From assembly GCF_009914755.1 (NCBI RefSeq), contig NC_060940.1: DNA of 64,000 nt. One strand, 5' to 3'. The notes under the pieces are model-generated. The model saw only the letters and a list, made by a program, of their open reading frames with translations. It ran no database searches and was not told the DNA's origin. Origin of the DNA: the human T2T-CHM13v2.0 reference genome, Homo sapiens. Position 1 is the stretch's first letter. Every line of letters begins with the position of its first letter. The translations under genes and the position numbers were made by a program. This document shows positions 1 through 37,478 of the stretch, one piece after another.

Positions 1-811
<811 letters not shown>

Positions 812-1319
812 TATTAAGACAATACACAGACAGGGAAACAAATGTACCCGCAACGGTTCTCCAGACCTTAACACTGCTCAGACGCACGCTGCAGGGTGAC
901 ATGCGGAACGCATTCCAACCTCTGACTTGCTGCTTATTGTGTTTGCCTGCACATTGCAAATTCAACTCGGTGCTAAGGGAGACTGAGTACAAATACTCGT
1001 CACTCCCAAGATCACCTGAAAGTCGGGACTGATCCCCACACAGAAAGATGGCAGATAAAGGCGCTCAGTCATTCTCACTGAAAGACAGTGACCCGGCTGC
1101 AATCTTAACTGTTTCCATCTCCCAGGGGGTCAAAAACGCAAACAAAATTAGTTGCTCGTGTAGGATGACAATTTTTAAAAGTCACCTGAACAGAAAGCCA
1201 CTTGCACCCCTTTAGGGCCAGTCTGGGGGACACCGGAGGGAATGAACGTGCGCCACGGCTGCCCCGGCGCCCCTCAGCGCCCCACATTCCGCGGGGTCTG
1301 GCGAGCTCCGCCTCGCTCA

Positions 1320-1892
<573 letters not shown>

Positions 1893-2529
1893 CTAGAGAA
1901 TCGCCGCGGCCCTGAGGACCCCGTTCTGCCCACGCGACTGCAAAGGCGGCCCCGTTGGGCTGAGCGCCCAGTGCTTGGGAGGCGAATGGCCGCCCCCGGG
2001 ACCTCGGGCCCGGGAGTCGGGGCGAGGGAAGCGCCCGGGGCCTGAGGGCAGGAGCCGGCTGGAGGGGCTCCCCCAGGCCCGGTCGCCCGCGCCGATCGTG
2101 ACGGAGCCGCGGTGGGGAAGGGAGGAGGGAGGCAGGGGCGAGGGCAGGCCCTTCCTTGCCATAGGCGGCGGCTAAAGACGTGAAGGATGAAATTAGAAGT
2201 CCCGAAGCATGCATGCGCCCTCGCAGTAGGCACTCGGGCGAGGGTCGGAGTGGAGGCTTCCTCCAGGCAGCCCCAGAGGGTCCTCCCGCCTAATGAGAAA
2301 AGAACAGAAGGCGAGTCCTCTTCAACGATCAGGCCCCAGAGACAGTATAGGAGGGTCGCCTCTGGAAACTGCCGGCTACTACGCAGATAGCTGTGAATTA
2401 GCCAAATAGCCGCCCGGACCCTGTACCCGCACCAGGGCACAGCCCATCACTAATCAATGGTATTTCCATAAACCAAAGAGAATTCTTGACAACTTTACAT
2501 CAGCCCCCACCCTGTCCCCACCTTCTGGG

Positions 2530-3952
<1,423 letters not shown>

Positions 3953-4520
3953 TAACGGTGAAGGGAAAAAAGAAACCTAGCAGGCACCACCTGAACCAAG
4001 CAACCCAGTTCAGCATTGCTGGTGATGGGATAAGGTGGCATCGTGTGCCTCCTGATGTGATGCACCAGGAAGGACACAACGTCCCTTCCGGAGCATTCCT
4101 GCAAAACATGCTCACCTTGAGTCCACTCATAAAGGGGAAACACCAGATAATCCCACTTTGAGGGACAGCCTGCTGAACATCTAGGCCATCTTCTTCCACA
4201 ATGTCAGTATTGTGAAAGAGACAAAGAGAGGCTGAGGAGACAACCTCACGTGGGTCTGGCATGGTTGAGACAATTGGCAAAGATTGGACATACACTGTAT
4301 GAGCTAACGGTGTTGGAGCAGTAGTAAATCTCCCACGCGTGATCATTATATTGTGGTTACGTCAGGAAAGCTCCCCGATCTTAGGAGATACATACTGAAA
4401 TACTTGGGACCTTGTGTTGCTATGTCTGCAGCTTACACTCGGACAATTCAAAACCTGACAATAATCATAATGAGTAGCAGCCTTCTGAGAGGGAGGGAAA
4501 ATGGCAATGTTAACATCTGG

Positions 4521-5320
4521 CCCTTGGCTGTCTGCACCACCATGCAGCAGGCAAGAACGAGCACCTTAACCGAAGTGGCAGGAAGGGAGCCAAGAAGAAA
4601 GAGGTTGGTCCACTGTCTGAGAGAGACTGGCATGAGGCGAAAGCACCAGCTGTGCTTGGCATAAGGAGTATGGAAAACACCAGGCACAGGGACGTCAGGA
4701 ACCAAAATCACACCCGATGGCCTCAAGGGCCGTGTTTTTGAAGTCAGTACTGCTCATCTGCAGAATGGTGAAGTTGCATCTGGAAAATTCAAGCTAATCA
4801 CTGAGGATGTTCAGTGCAAAAACAGCCTGACCAGCTTTCATGGAAAAAAAAAAAGACCATGATTGAAGCTCATATGGTTGTCAAAACTACAGATGATCAT
4901 TTGCCTCATCTGTTCTGTGCTGCTTTTACTAAAACAGTGCAGCAAGCAGATTGGGAAGACCTCTCACAGGCAGCACTGGCAGGCCCGTCAAATCCAGAAA
5001 AGATGGTGGAAATCATGGCCCAAGAGGTGCAGACAAATTACTCGAAAGAAGTGGCCCATGAATTGATGCTAGACAGCACTGGGAGAGACACAGAGAAGGC
5101 TCCCCAGTCTATCCAGGTATCCTCTCCAGGATGTCTTCCTTAGAAAAGTAAAAATGCTTGGGAAGCCCAGGCTTGCATTGGGAAAACTCAAGCTTTGTGG
5201 TGAAGGTCGCTGTCCTGGAAAAGCTACTGGGGATGAGACCAGTGCTAAATGTGAATGAGCTGACGGATATGAGCCCCCAGCCCAACAACCTGTTTAAAAT
5301 TCAGGCTTTGAATGTTGATA
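4521..5320 (+). pseudogene. RPS3AP2: Processed pseudogene of 40S ribosomal protein S3a (eS1)
   Basis: Intronless and frameshifted. ATG at 4542; fragments read [67 protein letters not shown], with stop at 5295-5297. The P2 numbering is from memory of the locus. Confidence 0.9.
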
Positions 5321-5324
5321 ACCA

Positions 5325-6505
<1,181 letters not shown>

Positions 6506-6506
6506 C

Positions 6507-7757
<1,251 letters not shown>

Positions 7758-9796
7758 GCTTTGCCCTTTTGAGGGATGGTGACAAGGGCATTGCACCCCC
7801 ATGTCATACAGGACAGCGAGCGTTAAAGATGAGAATGAAGCTGACTTTTCCAAGGCTCCCCACAAGCAGGCAGGAGTTGAACCTGGGTTAGTTTGATTTC
7901 AAAACTCTTGCTCTCAAATGCTTTGAGTCAAGGACTGACAGCAAGTCCCCTGGGGGGTTCAGAGGTGGGACAGTTCCCCTCCCCAGGCTTCTCAGAGGCA
8001 GGCACCATGTTGCCTGACCCAGTAGGAGTGCAGCACATTGTTGATTGAATTGAATGGATGGACTTGGGTCTTGTGGGTTGAGGAGGGTTTGGATGAAGAT
8101 ACCCAGGTGGGCAGAGAGCTGAGCAGAGTGCTGGAATGGGGCATGGTGGGGCTGTATGCAGAACCCACAAGAACAGAGCTTGGGAAGAAGGGGTCATGCT
8201 GGGGAGGGGAAGCCAGGTCCCAAAGGCCATCCTTCTCAGCCCAGGGACCTAAGTGTGTCCTTTTCTGGGACAAGTGGCTGTTTCAGAAGAGGAATGGGCT
8301 GGGGGGTGGGTAGGGTGGGGGAGGGGCTCCTTGTCGGGAACTGACTTCCCCAGCAAGACAAGGGCCCCTGTAGGTTTTTTGTCTGTATTTTTTGTGGTTT
8401 GTCCTCCTCACCCGGAAACGTAACAGACTTGGTGAAAGGTGGGATTCAGTGGGCCTTAGAGGTGGGTGTGGTTCACACCTCAAAATGCACAGGTATGATT
8501 CTGCTGAGAAAGATCAAAAAATACAATGAGAAAGGAAAAAAGAAATGAGCAGGGGGCTTTGTTGCTGCTCCCAGTGGGGTTGGTGAGCCACATGAGATGG
8601 ATGCCCAGACAGCCCTACTCCAAACCCAAGACTGGCCCCAAATCCCCACAATCCCCAAGCTGCCCCCATACTCCCAAGTCCAAGCCCTTGCTCTGCTGTT
8701 CTCCCACCTGGAGTGAGCTGAGCCCTCCCCGTGAAGCATCCTGAACGCCCACCTCTGCCGAGTCCCTGAGGCTTAGATTCTGTGGCCACGCAGCTGAATA
8801 CCGCTGTGGCCCGGGCGACATCTTGGTCCCCCAGGGCGCTGGAAGCACCCGCAAGCTGGGGAGGGGCTGCACCCATCTGGGGGCCACTAGAGCCTTTGTC
8901 TCAAAGCCCTGCCCCAGTTCACCTTCTTGGGACCCTGGGCAAGACAACTGTGCTAAGGACATCACTGTCACAAGAAATATTTGTGACCCGAATGACCAAT
9001 CTTTCCCCAAAAAAGACGTCCTATGGCTCCCTCCTCAAAGGCAGAGTGGGGTGGAGCAAGGGCGTTCCAGAAAGCATCTGAGGAGGCTGGGGAAAGAAAA
9101 AGGTTTGGGAAGGAGCTGCCGTCCATAGAGTTACACACTGTCATGCAGAAGCACAACTCGGTGAGTGACTCGGGGAACCGTCACGCCGGCATCCGCGGGG
9201 CTTTCCAGCTCTAAAATCCCATCTCTGACCTTGAGTCATGCACAGGTGGCACTGGGGGAGGCGGGCTGGGCTGATCTTGACCTGAAAGCCCAAACTTGCT
9301 GGGGTCCAGTTTGGGTCTACAGGCTGCTCTGCAGAGACATTGCTAGGAGACTCCAGGGACTGACTTAGGGCACTTTCCCCACGGTGCCAGCTGGGCAGGG
9401 TCCAGGCATCCGCAGAGCTGAAACCACCTACGCACTGGGCGGAGGGGCTCGGGCCCCTTGTGGATCTGCTAGTGAAGGCTGTGGGACCTCTCTCGTCGGC
9501 CTCCTCACTTTTCAGATAGGAAGAGGGAGAATGGGAGGGATTGGCAAATTCTGAGAACCAGGCCTGTTCTCTCGATCAGCGGATTTGGGCCCCTCCCCTG
9601 CCCCACCCCACCCCACGCCCCGCTTTCTCCTGTCTGCACCAGCTGACTTTTGGATTCTTGGAGATCTTGTGTTTGGGCCTTTCTTGGGAATCTCCAACAT
9701 CATGAAGTCAATTTACACCAGACTGAAACTTCAGTACAAGTCTGTTCTAATGGTCAATGCAAATTTTGTTTTTTACCCTGCCGTGATTTGGAATTA

Positions 9797-10454
<658 letters not shown>

Positions 10455-10992
10455 CTAGGTATCCACCAAAGCGAAAAAAATGCCCACACAAAGACTCGTC
10501 TGAGAGTGCTCAGAGCGACTTTATCCGCAGTAACCCCAGCTGGAAACTACCCAGATGTCCACCAGCGGATGAACAGATAAACGAACTGCGGTCCATCCAT
10601 ACAACGTGACATGCTTTGGCAACAACGCAGATGAAACGCTGAGACATGCCGCGGCGTGGACGAAGCTTGAAAACCTTGTGCTAATTAAAAGAAGCCAGAC
10701 ACAAACAGACAATTGCTTTTGGTTTATTTGTATGCAGTGTCCAGAACAGGCAAATCCATAGAGACAGAAAACAGGCAGGTGGCTGCCAGAGGCTGGGGAG
10801 GGTGCGGGGGACCCAGGAGCAATTGCTACACTTTTTAAGGAAGGGAACAGAAAGGTCCTAAAACTGGGTTGTTAACGATGGCTGTACAACTCTGTAAATT
10901 CACTACAAATCTTTGAACTATGCGCTTGAAACGTGAATTTTATGATATGTAAATTTTACCTCAATAAGGTTTTGTTTTGTTTTGTTTTTTGA

Positions 10993-11157
<165 letters not shown>

Positions 11158-11294
11158 TAAGTAGAGATGGGGTTTCCCCGTGTTAACCAGACTGGTCTCA
11201 AACTCCTGGACTCAAGCGATCCACCCGCCTCTGCCTCCCAAAGTGTTAGGATTACAGGCGTGAACCACGGCGCCAAGCCAATAAAGTTGTTTTA

Positions 11295-11540
<246 letters not shown>

Positions 11541-11609
11541 CTACTGCACTCCAGGCTGGGCAACAAGCAAGACCCCATCTCAAAAAAAAAGAAAGAAAAA
11601 GAAAAAAGG

Positions 11610-11926
<317 letters not shown>

Positions 11927-12038
11927 AAATAAAAAATTTTCAGCCAGGCGCGTTAGTGTGTGCCTCTAGTCCCAGCTACTCAGGAGGCTGACGTGGGAGG
12001 ATCAGCTGAGCTCGGGAGGTTGAGGCTGCAGTGAGCTA

Positions 12039-12332
<294 letters not shown>

Positions 12333-12360
12333 CTAGGAGACAGAGTGAGACTCCATCTCA

Positions 12361-12974
<614 letters not shown>

Positions 12975-13615
12975 TCAGGGACAGCGTTCCAGGCAGGTGC
13001 AGTTGGCCCCCTGCACAAATCCGCCTGCTAGTGCAGCATTGGCCAGCGTCAGGATGGCACCTGTCGGGAACTCTTTCCCGATGGCAAGGTTTGCAACTTC
13101 CCCGGGAACCAGCGCCCGATCCCAGATAGCCAAGCCAGACATGCTCCCCACGAAGGCCTCGGAGCTGTCGAATCCGCCCCCCACGCTGTCTTGTTCCTGG
13201 CCCAGCACGAGGGACCCTCCGGGGGGGATCTCATAGCCCTCCCTGAAGCGGGAGCCGGTGGCCACCAGCCTGCGATCCACGTGGAGCCAGTACCTGCCCT
13301 GGGTGGACGTCCAGATGACACAGATGTGGTGCCACTGGCCGTCCAGCAGCAGCTGCAGGGGCAGCTCCCTGAAGGCCGGGTCCCCGATCACGAAGTGGAT
13401 GGATCCGGGCAGCATGGAGTCTCGGCCGTGCAGCACCAGCTTGTTGTCATTGTCCTCGGTGGCGTAGGACAGGAGGGTGCCCAGGCGGCCGGAGGCCGTG
13501 CGGACCCAGCTGCAGAAGGACAGGGCTCGCAGGTCAGTGACGAAACCAGGGCTGAGGAAGACCACGTTCTTGGTGGAGGCGTTTGGGAAAACGAGGGTGG
13601 GGCCCACGCCGCAAA
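12975..13615 (-). CDS. PTX4: PTX4 exon 3 (pentraxin domain)
   Basis: Acceptor ttctag|TTTGCGGC; ends CLERCP-TGA. Confidence 0.95.
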
Positions 13616-15945
13616 CTAGAAACAGAGGAGGGAGGGTCAACCCCTTGCAGGAGGCCGAGCAGAAGCATCCAGAAGCACACGTGCTGTGGGTGCCTGGCCT
13701 CCCACTCCCGGCTGCCACCCTTCACGGAGCACTGACTCTGCGCTGGCCCTGCCGATGGCTCCCCTGCAGCGTCTCCTTCACTCTCTTGATGGGATCACCC
13801 CAGTTCCACAGGCGGGAAGACTGAACATGAGGGCCGTACTCGGGAGTGGCGGGGTCCTGCTAGGAGCCCTAGCTGTCGGCCCACCCAGCTGAGCCAGCGC
13901 CCCTCACTGCCAGGGAGTCTCTGCAAATTTCATGACTCACAACAGCGCAGGTTTAGTGTTTCACATTTCTGGCGGTCACAAGGCCAACACGGTCTCCCAG
14001 GGCTCAAATCAGGTGTGGACAGGGCTGGTTCCTCTGGAGGCTCCAGGAGAAACCATCTCCCGCCCTTTCCAGCTTCCAGAGGCGCCTGCACCCTTCGGCG
14101 TGGGGCCTCCTCGTCTGTGCATCCCGCCACCTCTGCTTCTGCCCTCACGCCCTCCTCTGACTGTGTTCCTCCTGCCTCCCCTTAGAAAGCCTCTGTGATG
14201 ACGGTGGGCCACCCCCCCCGATGATCCGAGACCCTCTCCCCATCTCCCGGCCCCTAACTGAACCTCTTTTGAGAAGCCTTTTCCAGGGGGCCTGGTCTAA
14301 GGAGGAGCTGGAGGGAAGCCTGGCCGTGAGCTGGGAGCCTGTGGTACTTACTCTCTCCTGGCACCTGGGGGGACCATGCCTGCTGCCGAGGGTCTTTTGG
14401 GGCAGTCCCACTGAGTACCCGATGGCTGCCTGAGGCTGGAGGCTCCCGTCTCCCTTGGAGAGGGGCCGAGGAGTCCTGTGGGGGGCCCCCGTGCTCAGAG
14501 GCAGCTCGGAGCTCCTGCCTGTCCCTCTGAAGCTTCAGGGAGGTCGGGCCCAGCTCCTCAGGCTGGGTTGGGGTTGGGACCAGGGCCGGCCCGAGGGCTG
14601 CAGTGCCAGGGTGGGCCACGGGCAGCCGCCCCTCCAGAGCAGCCAGCCTGGCGCCCTGGCTGTGGACGAGGCCCTCCAGGCGTGCCAGTGAGTCCTGCAG
14701 GGCGTCCCTCTGGGCCTTGTGTGCCTTACTTTCCCGGGCCCGCTGCTGGCTCCTCTCGCCCAGGGTGAGGTCCAAGGCCCGCAGCCGCGTGTCTACTTTC
14801 CGGCCTCGGCGCTGCAGCTTCCTCACCCAGGCCTTGAGCTGCGCCAGCTCCCCCTGCACCGAGGCCTGTGACCGGTTGACTGCCTGAGCCACAGCCTGGC
14901 TCTCTTCCGCCAGGCTCCGGAACCGGACGTCAACGTTGTAGGACACGTTGTAGTTGCTGGCGATGTTCTGCAGGTGTGTCCAGGTCACCTCCTGGAATCT
15001 CCGGAACTGTAAGGAGGACACGGTGATGATGGGGCGGGCCGGGCCGGGCCGGCTGGGCGGGACGGGAAAGGCTTTGCCCTCTCAAGTTGGGAGCAGCGGC
15101 CGCGTGCCCGGGCCACGGCCAGCACTGGCTATCTGCCCACCGATTTGATCCCCACTGCGATGCCGTGAGATGTGGTGGGTGCCAGGGACTGACCCCAGGC
15201 CATGCAGCTGCACCATGTGGGGTGTGGACTCCAGGCCCACAGCTGGGGCTCTGATCCCCACCGCTCACCCCATAACCACCGGCAAGTCACTTTCCCTTGT
15301 GATTCCAGCTCCTGCCTGTGAGCAGGGGACGGCAGGGTGGCCTCATGAGTGCTTTACGAGGCCCAAACAGGAAGCACCCAGCGCAGGCCCGACAGGCACA
15401 CAGCACTCCGGAACTGTCCGTGGACCCCGCGTGGGAGTCCGGGAGGCCGTTCACACCGACTGCCACAAGGTGGACCTGTGACCTCCCAGTTTCCACTCCC
15501 CATGACACTACCCGGCCCCCATGGCCCCCAGTTCCCCTGACTCCCTTCCAGACCCCCTTCTAGCCTCTGGCCCCACCTGACCCCCACATGTTATGAGGCT
15601 TGTGTCCTGTGTGAGTGGAGCCCAGCTCAGCTCTTCCCTGGTGTCCAACTGCAGGTGAAATAATCTTCATGGATGGAAAGAGCGTCACACGCGGTGTTCG
15701 TGTCCGCCAAGCCCTGATGTTTACCAATCTGCTTCTGTAACATCCGTCTTCCATCTGCTGCCAATTTAAAAACCCGACTGCGCCATGTCAGGGGTATAAC
15801 TTGCCTGTTCCTCCAGCCTACGGAGCCTCTCGAAAAACGGTTTCCTGGGCCCCACTGGGGCGGCTTCCTGCGATGAAGCCCCATGTAGATATATAGGCAC
15901 AAAAACAAGGAAGAAAGACAAGGTCTTCCTCCACGAGCAACCCAT
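12975..15945 (-). CDS. PTX4: Pentraxin-4 (long pentraxin), complete CDS join(15805-15945,14352-15006,12975-13615), 478 aa
   Basis: 141+655+641=1437 nt, in frame. N-terminal signal peptide, coiled-coil-like middle and C-terminal pentraxin domain with signature HHICVIWTS and LGQEQD. Confidence 0.95.
13905..14290. mobile_element. MaLR LTR (MLT1-like) fragment in PTX4 intron 2
   Basis: Typical MLT1 text: cagggctggttcctctggaggctccagg..ccagcttccagagg..gggcccacc..atgatcc..ctccccatctc. Subfamily not resolved. Confidence 0.65.
14352..15006 (-). CDS. PTX4: PTX4 exon 2
   Basis: Acceptor ttacag|TTCCGG (FRRFQEVTW...); donor GAGA|GTAAGT. Confidence 0.93.
15378..15503 (-). CDS. PTX4: PTX4 alternative first coding exon (42 aa, no signal peptide; gives a 473 aa isoform)
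   Basis: [42 protein letters not shown] then donor TGG|GTGCTT, phase 0 and in frame with exon 2. Matches an annotated isoform as I recall it. Confidence 0.55.
15805..15945 (-). CDS. PTX4: PTX4 exon 1 (signal peptide)
   Basis: [26 protein letters not shown]...LEEQ; non-canonical donor CAG|GCAAGT. Confidence 0.88.
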
Positions 15946-16426
15946 CCGGAGAGACGGCAAGGCCCCAGCAGTCTCCCTCCAGCCGCAGGAGAGGGTGAAG
16001 GTGGCTCCGTGGGTCTGTCTTGTGTCTCGTCCCCCCAGCTCTCCTGTTGAGTGGTTTTCCTTCTTTGGCCCTGGCTGGATGTCAGGTTCTTCCTGCCGCC
16101 TCCATGAAAGGCATCTGCCTTCAAGCCAGTGGGCTCTGAGACTTGCAGGTTCCTAAGGAGACAAGCTTAAAACAGATGCAAACAGTTTCTTTGAAGAATC
16201 ATTCAGCTGGGTGCAAGCCCGCGGGCGGGAGGCGATGGCTTTAACAGGAGCACATGGACTTGTGCTCCCGAGAAGTCGAAGCAAGACAGGGAACCCGACG
16301 GGGGCTGGGGAGTCAACAGAGCCAGGTCTGCACAGGCACCCATCACCCAGGCCGTGCACGGCTGCATCCTGGGAGGCCCCGTCTCTCTCAGTAAAGCAAT
16401 GGAAATGTGACTGGGAGCCACCTTAA

Positions 16427-19503
<3,077 letters not shown>

Positions 19504-20399
19504 CTCTGCCAGTTTTTCTGCTCGAGGCCTGTCACCTGGCATATTTCGTATGTACTTTATCTGTTCCCCCAATAGGTGAGCAGGAACTTTGCATCATTTG
19601 TTGCTCAGAAGGCTTGGTGCACCAAGCAGGCATTTAATCAATGTTTGTTGAGTGGATAACTGTTCCCCAGCTTTTCCCACATCCATCACTGCTGAAATGG
19701 CGCCTCTTTGTCTTCCTGGATTGCCCCCTCCACAAAGATGAAGCCCCCCACACTCCGCTGCGGTGTACAGAAGGCACTGCATGTTGTAAATGTTCAGTGT
19801 CCGGCTGTCCAGCCTGGCGGCCACAGCCAAAGGTAGTACCGAGCCCTTGAGATGGGGCTAGTGCTGCAAGGGAACTGGACTTATTTAACTTCAGTTAATT
19901 TACAGAGCCACATGCGTCTAGCGCTTACCCTACTGGTCGCAGTTTTTATTCCACGACCCGGCCTCATTTACGGAGCTGCAATTGTTCAGATCTGACATGA
20001 TCTCAACTGCTCTTTTACTTCCTTGTGTACCGTGCGTTTCCCTTACTGGCCTCTGACCCTTGAAAGCAGAGCCTTACATCCGGGGAAGACGAGCCAGGCC
20101 TGTCTTGGTAAACATCTGCCTTAGAGCGAACGCTCGGCGTTCTGGAGAGAATGTGGGACCCGAGGCGGAGGGAAGAGACGGCTGACATCACTCCAGGGTA
20201 GGGACGACCGAGATGGGAGAAACTAAGGCGAGAACCCACCACCCGGGCGCAGCGAACCCAGCTCGCAGCCACGTGGGGAAGCGCGGCCCTGCCCTCAGGC
20301 CCCGCCCCACTCACGCGTCAGGCCCCGCCCACCCCACCGCCCCCCGCTCCCGCGTCCAGGCTCCGCCCCGTCCCCGCGCAGCGCAGGCGCAGATGCGCC

Positions 20400-20634
20400 C
20401 TCCCGCCTGGCGTCCTCCGCAGATTCGCGCTGAGAGGCCCGCGGAGACCCGCCCCAGAGGCTCAAGAAAACCCGCGGGAGCCTCGCCCGGACCCAGGAAC
20501 TCGTGCTCGGGGCCAACCGGCTGGGCCGCGATCGCGTTTCGTCCGGGGCCGCGGCGGCCGTGGGGAATCGGCTGCAGCGAATCGGTGGCGCGCGGGGCCT
20601 GAGCGCGCTGCAGTCACCCGGGAGCCGGGTCCAG
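20400..20634 (+). other. TELO2: TELO2 non-coding exon 1 (TSS approximate)
   Basis: Lies in the CpG island. Donor CCAG|GTCGGG at 20635; matching acceptor cacag|GTCGTC at 21275, 36 nt before the ATG. Confidence 0.65.
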
Positions 20635-20780
20635 GTCGGGTTGGGGGTCGGGGATCGGGGATCGGGGGTCCGGTTGGGTCGGGTTGGGCTCCAGGTCTGG
20701 TTGGGTCGGGTCCAGGTCGGGTAGGAGTCCGGTCGGGGTCCGGGTACAGGTCGGGGTCCGGGCCTGGATCGGGGGCGGGT
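20628..20780 (+). repeat. Degenerate G-rich GGGTC(G/C)/GGGTT short tandem repeat at start of TELO2 intron 1
   Basis: Direct inspection. Confidence 0.75.
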
Positions 20781-21289
20781 CCGCGTGCGGCTCCTCTAGC
20801 CCCGAACCCGTGTTCCCCGTAAGCTGTTGGTTTCTAAGGGGCGGAGGAATGGCGACTGGAGCCACCTCTCACCGCTCAGGGAGCCGGGAGGGCCGGCAGC
20901 TCCCGCGGGCCGAGTTTCCCGCCTTGGGTGCGAGGACGCGTGGGGCCGCGCTGTGCCCGGGGAACACTCACCAGCATCTCTAGCCTCCACCTCCCTCTCG
21001 CGCCAGTGGCACTCCCGGTTGAGACAACTGAGAATGTTCCCTGGGCACAGTGGCCCGGGTTGAGAAGCCCTGCAGTGGCTGGTAGCGTTGGGGTCCGAGC
21101 GGAGGAGCGAACTCTGGGTGGAAACCGGCAGGCACTGGAGGGGAAGGAGGCGGGACAGGGTTGGGTGGGACCAGGGTTGAGGGGTGTGGGGTCTCGGGGC
21201 GCTCACCGAGGGGCTTCCTGAGCTTGTGTGGATTATTTCCGTGCCCCAAGCTGAGCCCTGTGTCCATGTCACAGGTCGTCTTCCCGTGA

Positions 21290-36964
<15,675 letters not shown>

Positions 36965-37462
36965 TCCCTGGAGGCCTCCCCAGGACCACCCTCGCCGACA
37001 GCAAGGCAGGCGGCTGAGCAGCGGCCTGGAGCAGCAGAGCCAGGCTTTGTAGCGAGGCCAGGTCTTCGGCCGCATCCGGTACGGAGAGTGCAGATGCAGG
37101 AAGGCCCGGCCTGCCGCTATTTATAGTGCAGCCAGTCCGCTAAAAATACACTGGGCCTGGGCACTGCCCGCCGGGACATGGCAGCCTGGACGTGGGGCTG
37201 GGGCTGTGGGCGCTGCTGGCGGGGTTGACTCTTCCAGTGAGGGCAGAACCAGGCTGGCAGGAGGGGAGGACGGTGTACCTGCTGCTCAGAGCCCCCAAGG
37301 CTCTCCTCTGAGAGCCACCAAGCAGGACAGAGCAGCTCTTGTCCCAGGTCCCTCGGGCTGAGCGCCGTGTCACCAGGAGAATAGTGCTCACAGCCCAGGC
37401 AGGGTGTGTGGCTCCTGGATGGGCTCGTGGGGCGGGATGGGACAGGGCACGGGCTCTCAGAA

Positions 37463-37468
37463 AATAAA
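37463..37468 (+). terminator. TELO2 polyadenylation signal AATAAA
   Basis: First AATAAA after the stop, about 500 nt downstream; GU-rich element gtgttggtgg at 37491-37500. Confidence 0.8.
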
Positions 37469-37472
37469 CTGC

Positions 37473-37478
37473 TTTATT
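37473..37478 (-). terminator. IFT140 polyadenylation signal AATAAA (minus strand)
   Basis: tttatt on the plus strand, about 500 nt after the IFT140 stop. Confidence 0.8.

Larger units (their letters stand above)
20050..21200. promoter_or_regulatory. CpG island / TELO2 promoter with GC boxes and NRF1-like site
   Basis: Several CCCCGCCC boxes at 20300-20372; GCGCAGGCGCA at 20381-20391; high CpG density. Confidence 0.8.

Noticed and set aside
4814-5143. 109-aa ORF
   Set aside because: Chimeric-frame fragment of the RPS3A pseudogene; no true ATG start.
8967-8987. Inverted repeat gtcacaa-N7-ttgtgac
   Set aside because: A 7-bp stem is expected by chance in 64 kb; no ncRNA context.
9643-9700. FWILGD peptide resembling the aspartic protease WILGD motif
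   Set aside because: Following residues do not fit the family pattern and no DTG-motif exons are nearby; probably chance.
20628-20780. Telomere-like repeat inside TELO2
   Set aside because: No TTAGGG array; a degenerate GGGTC repeat, so the link to the gene name is coincidental.
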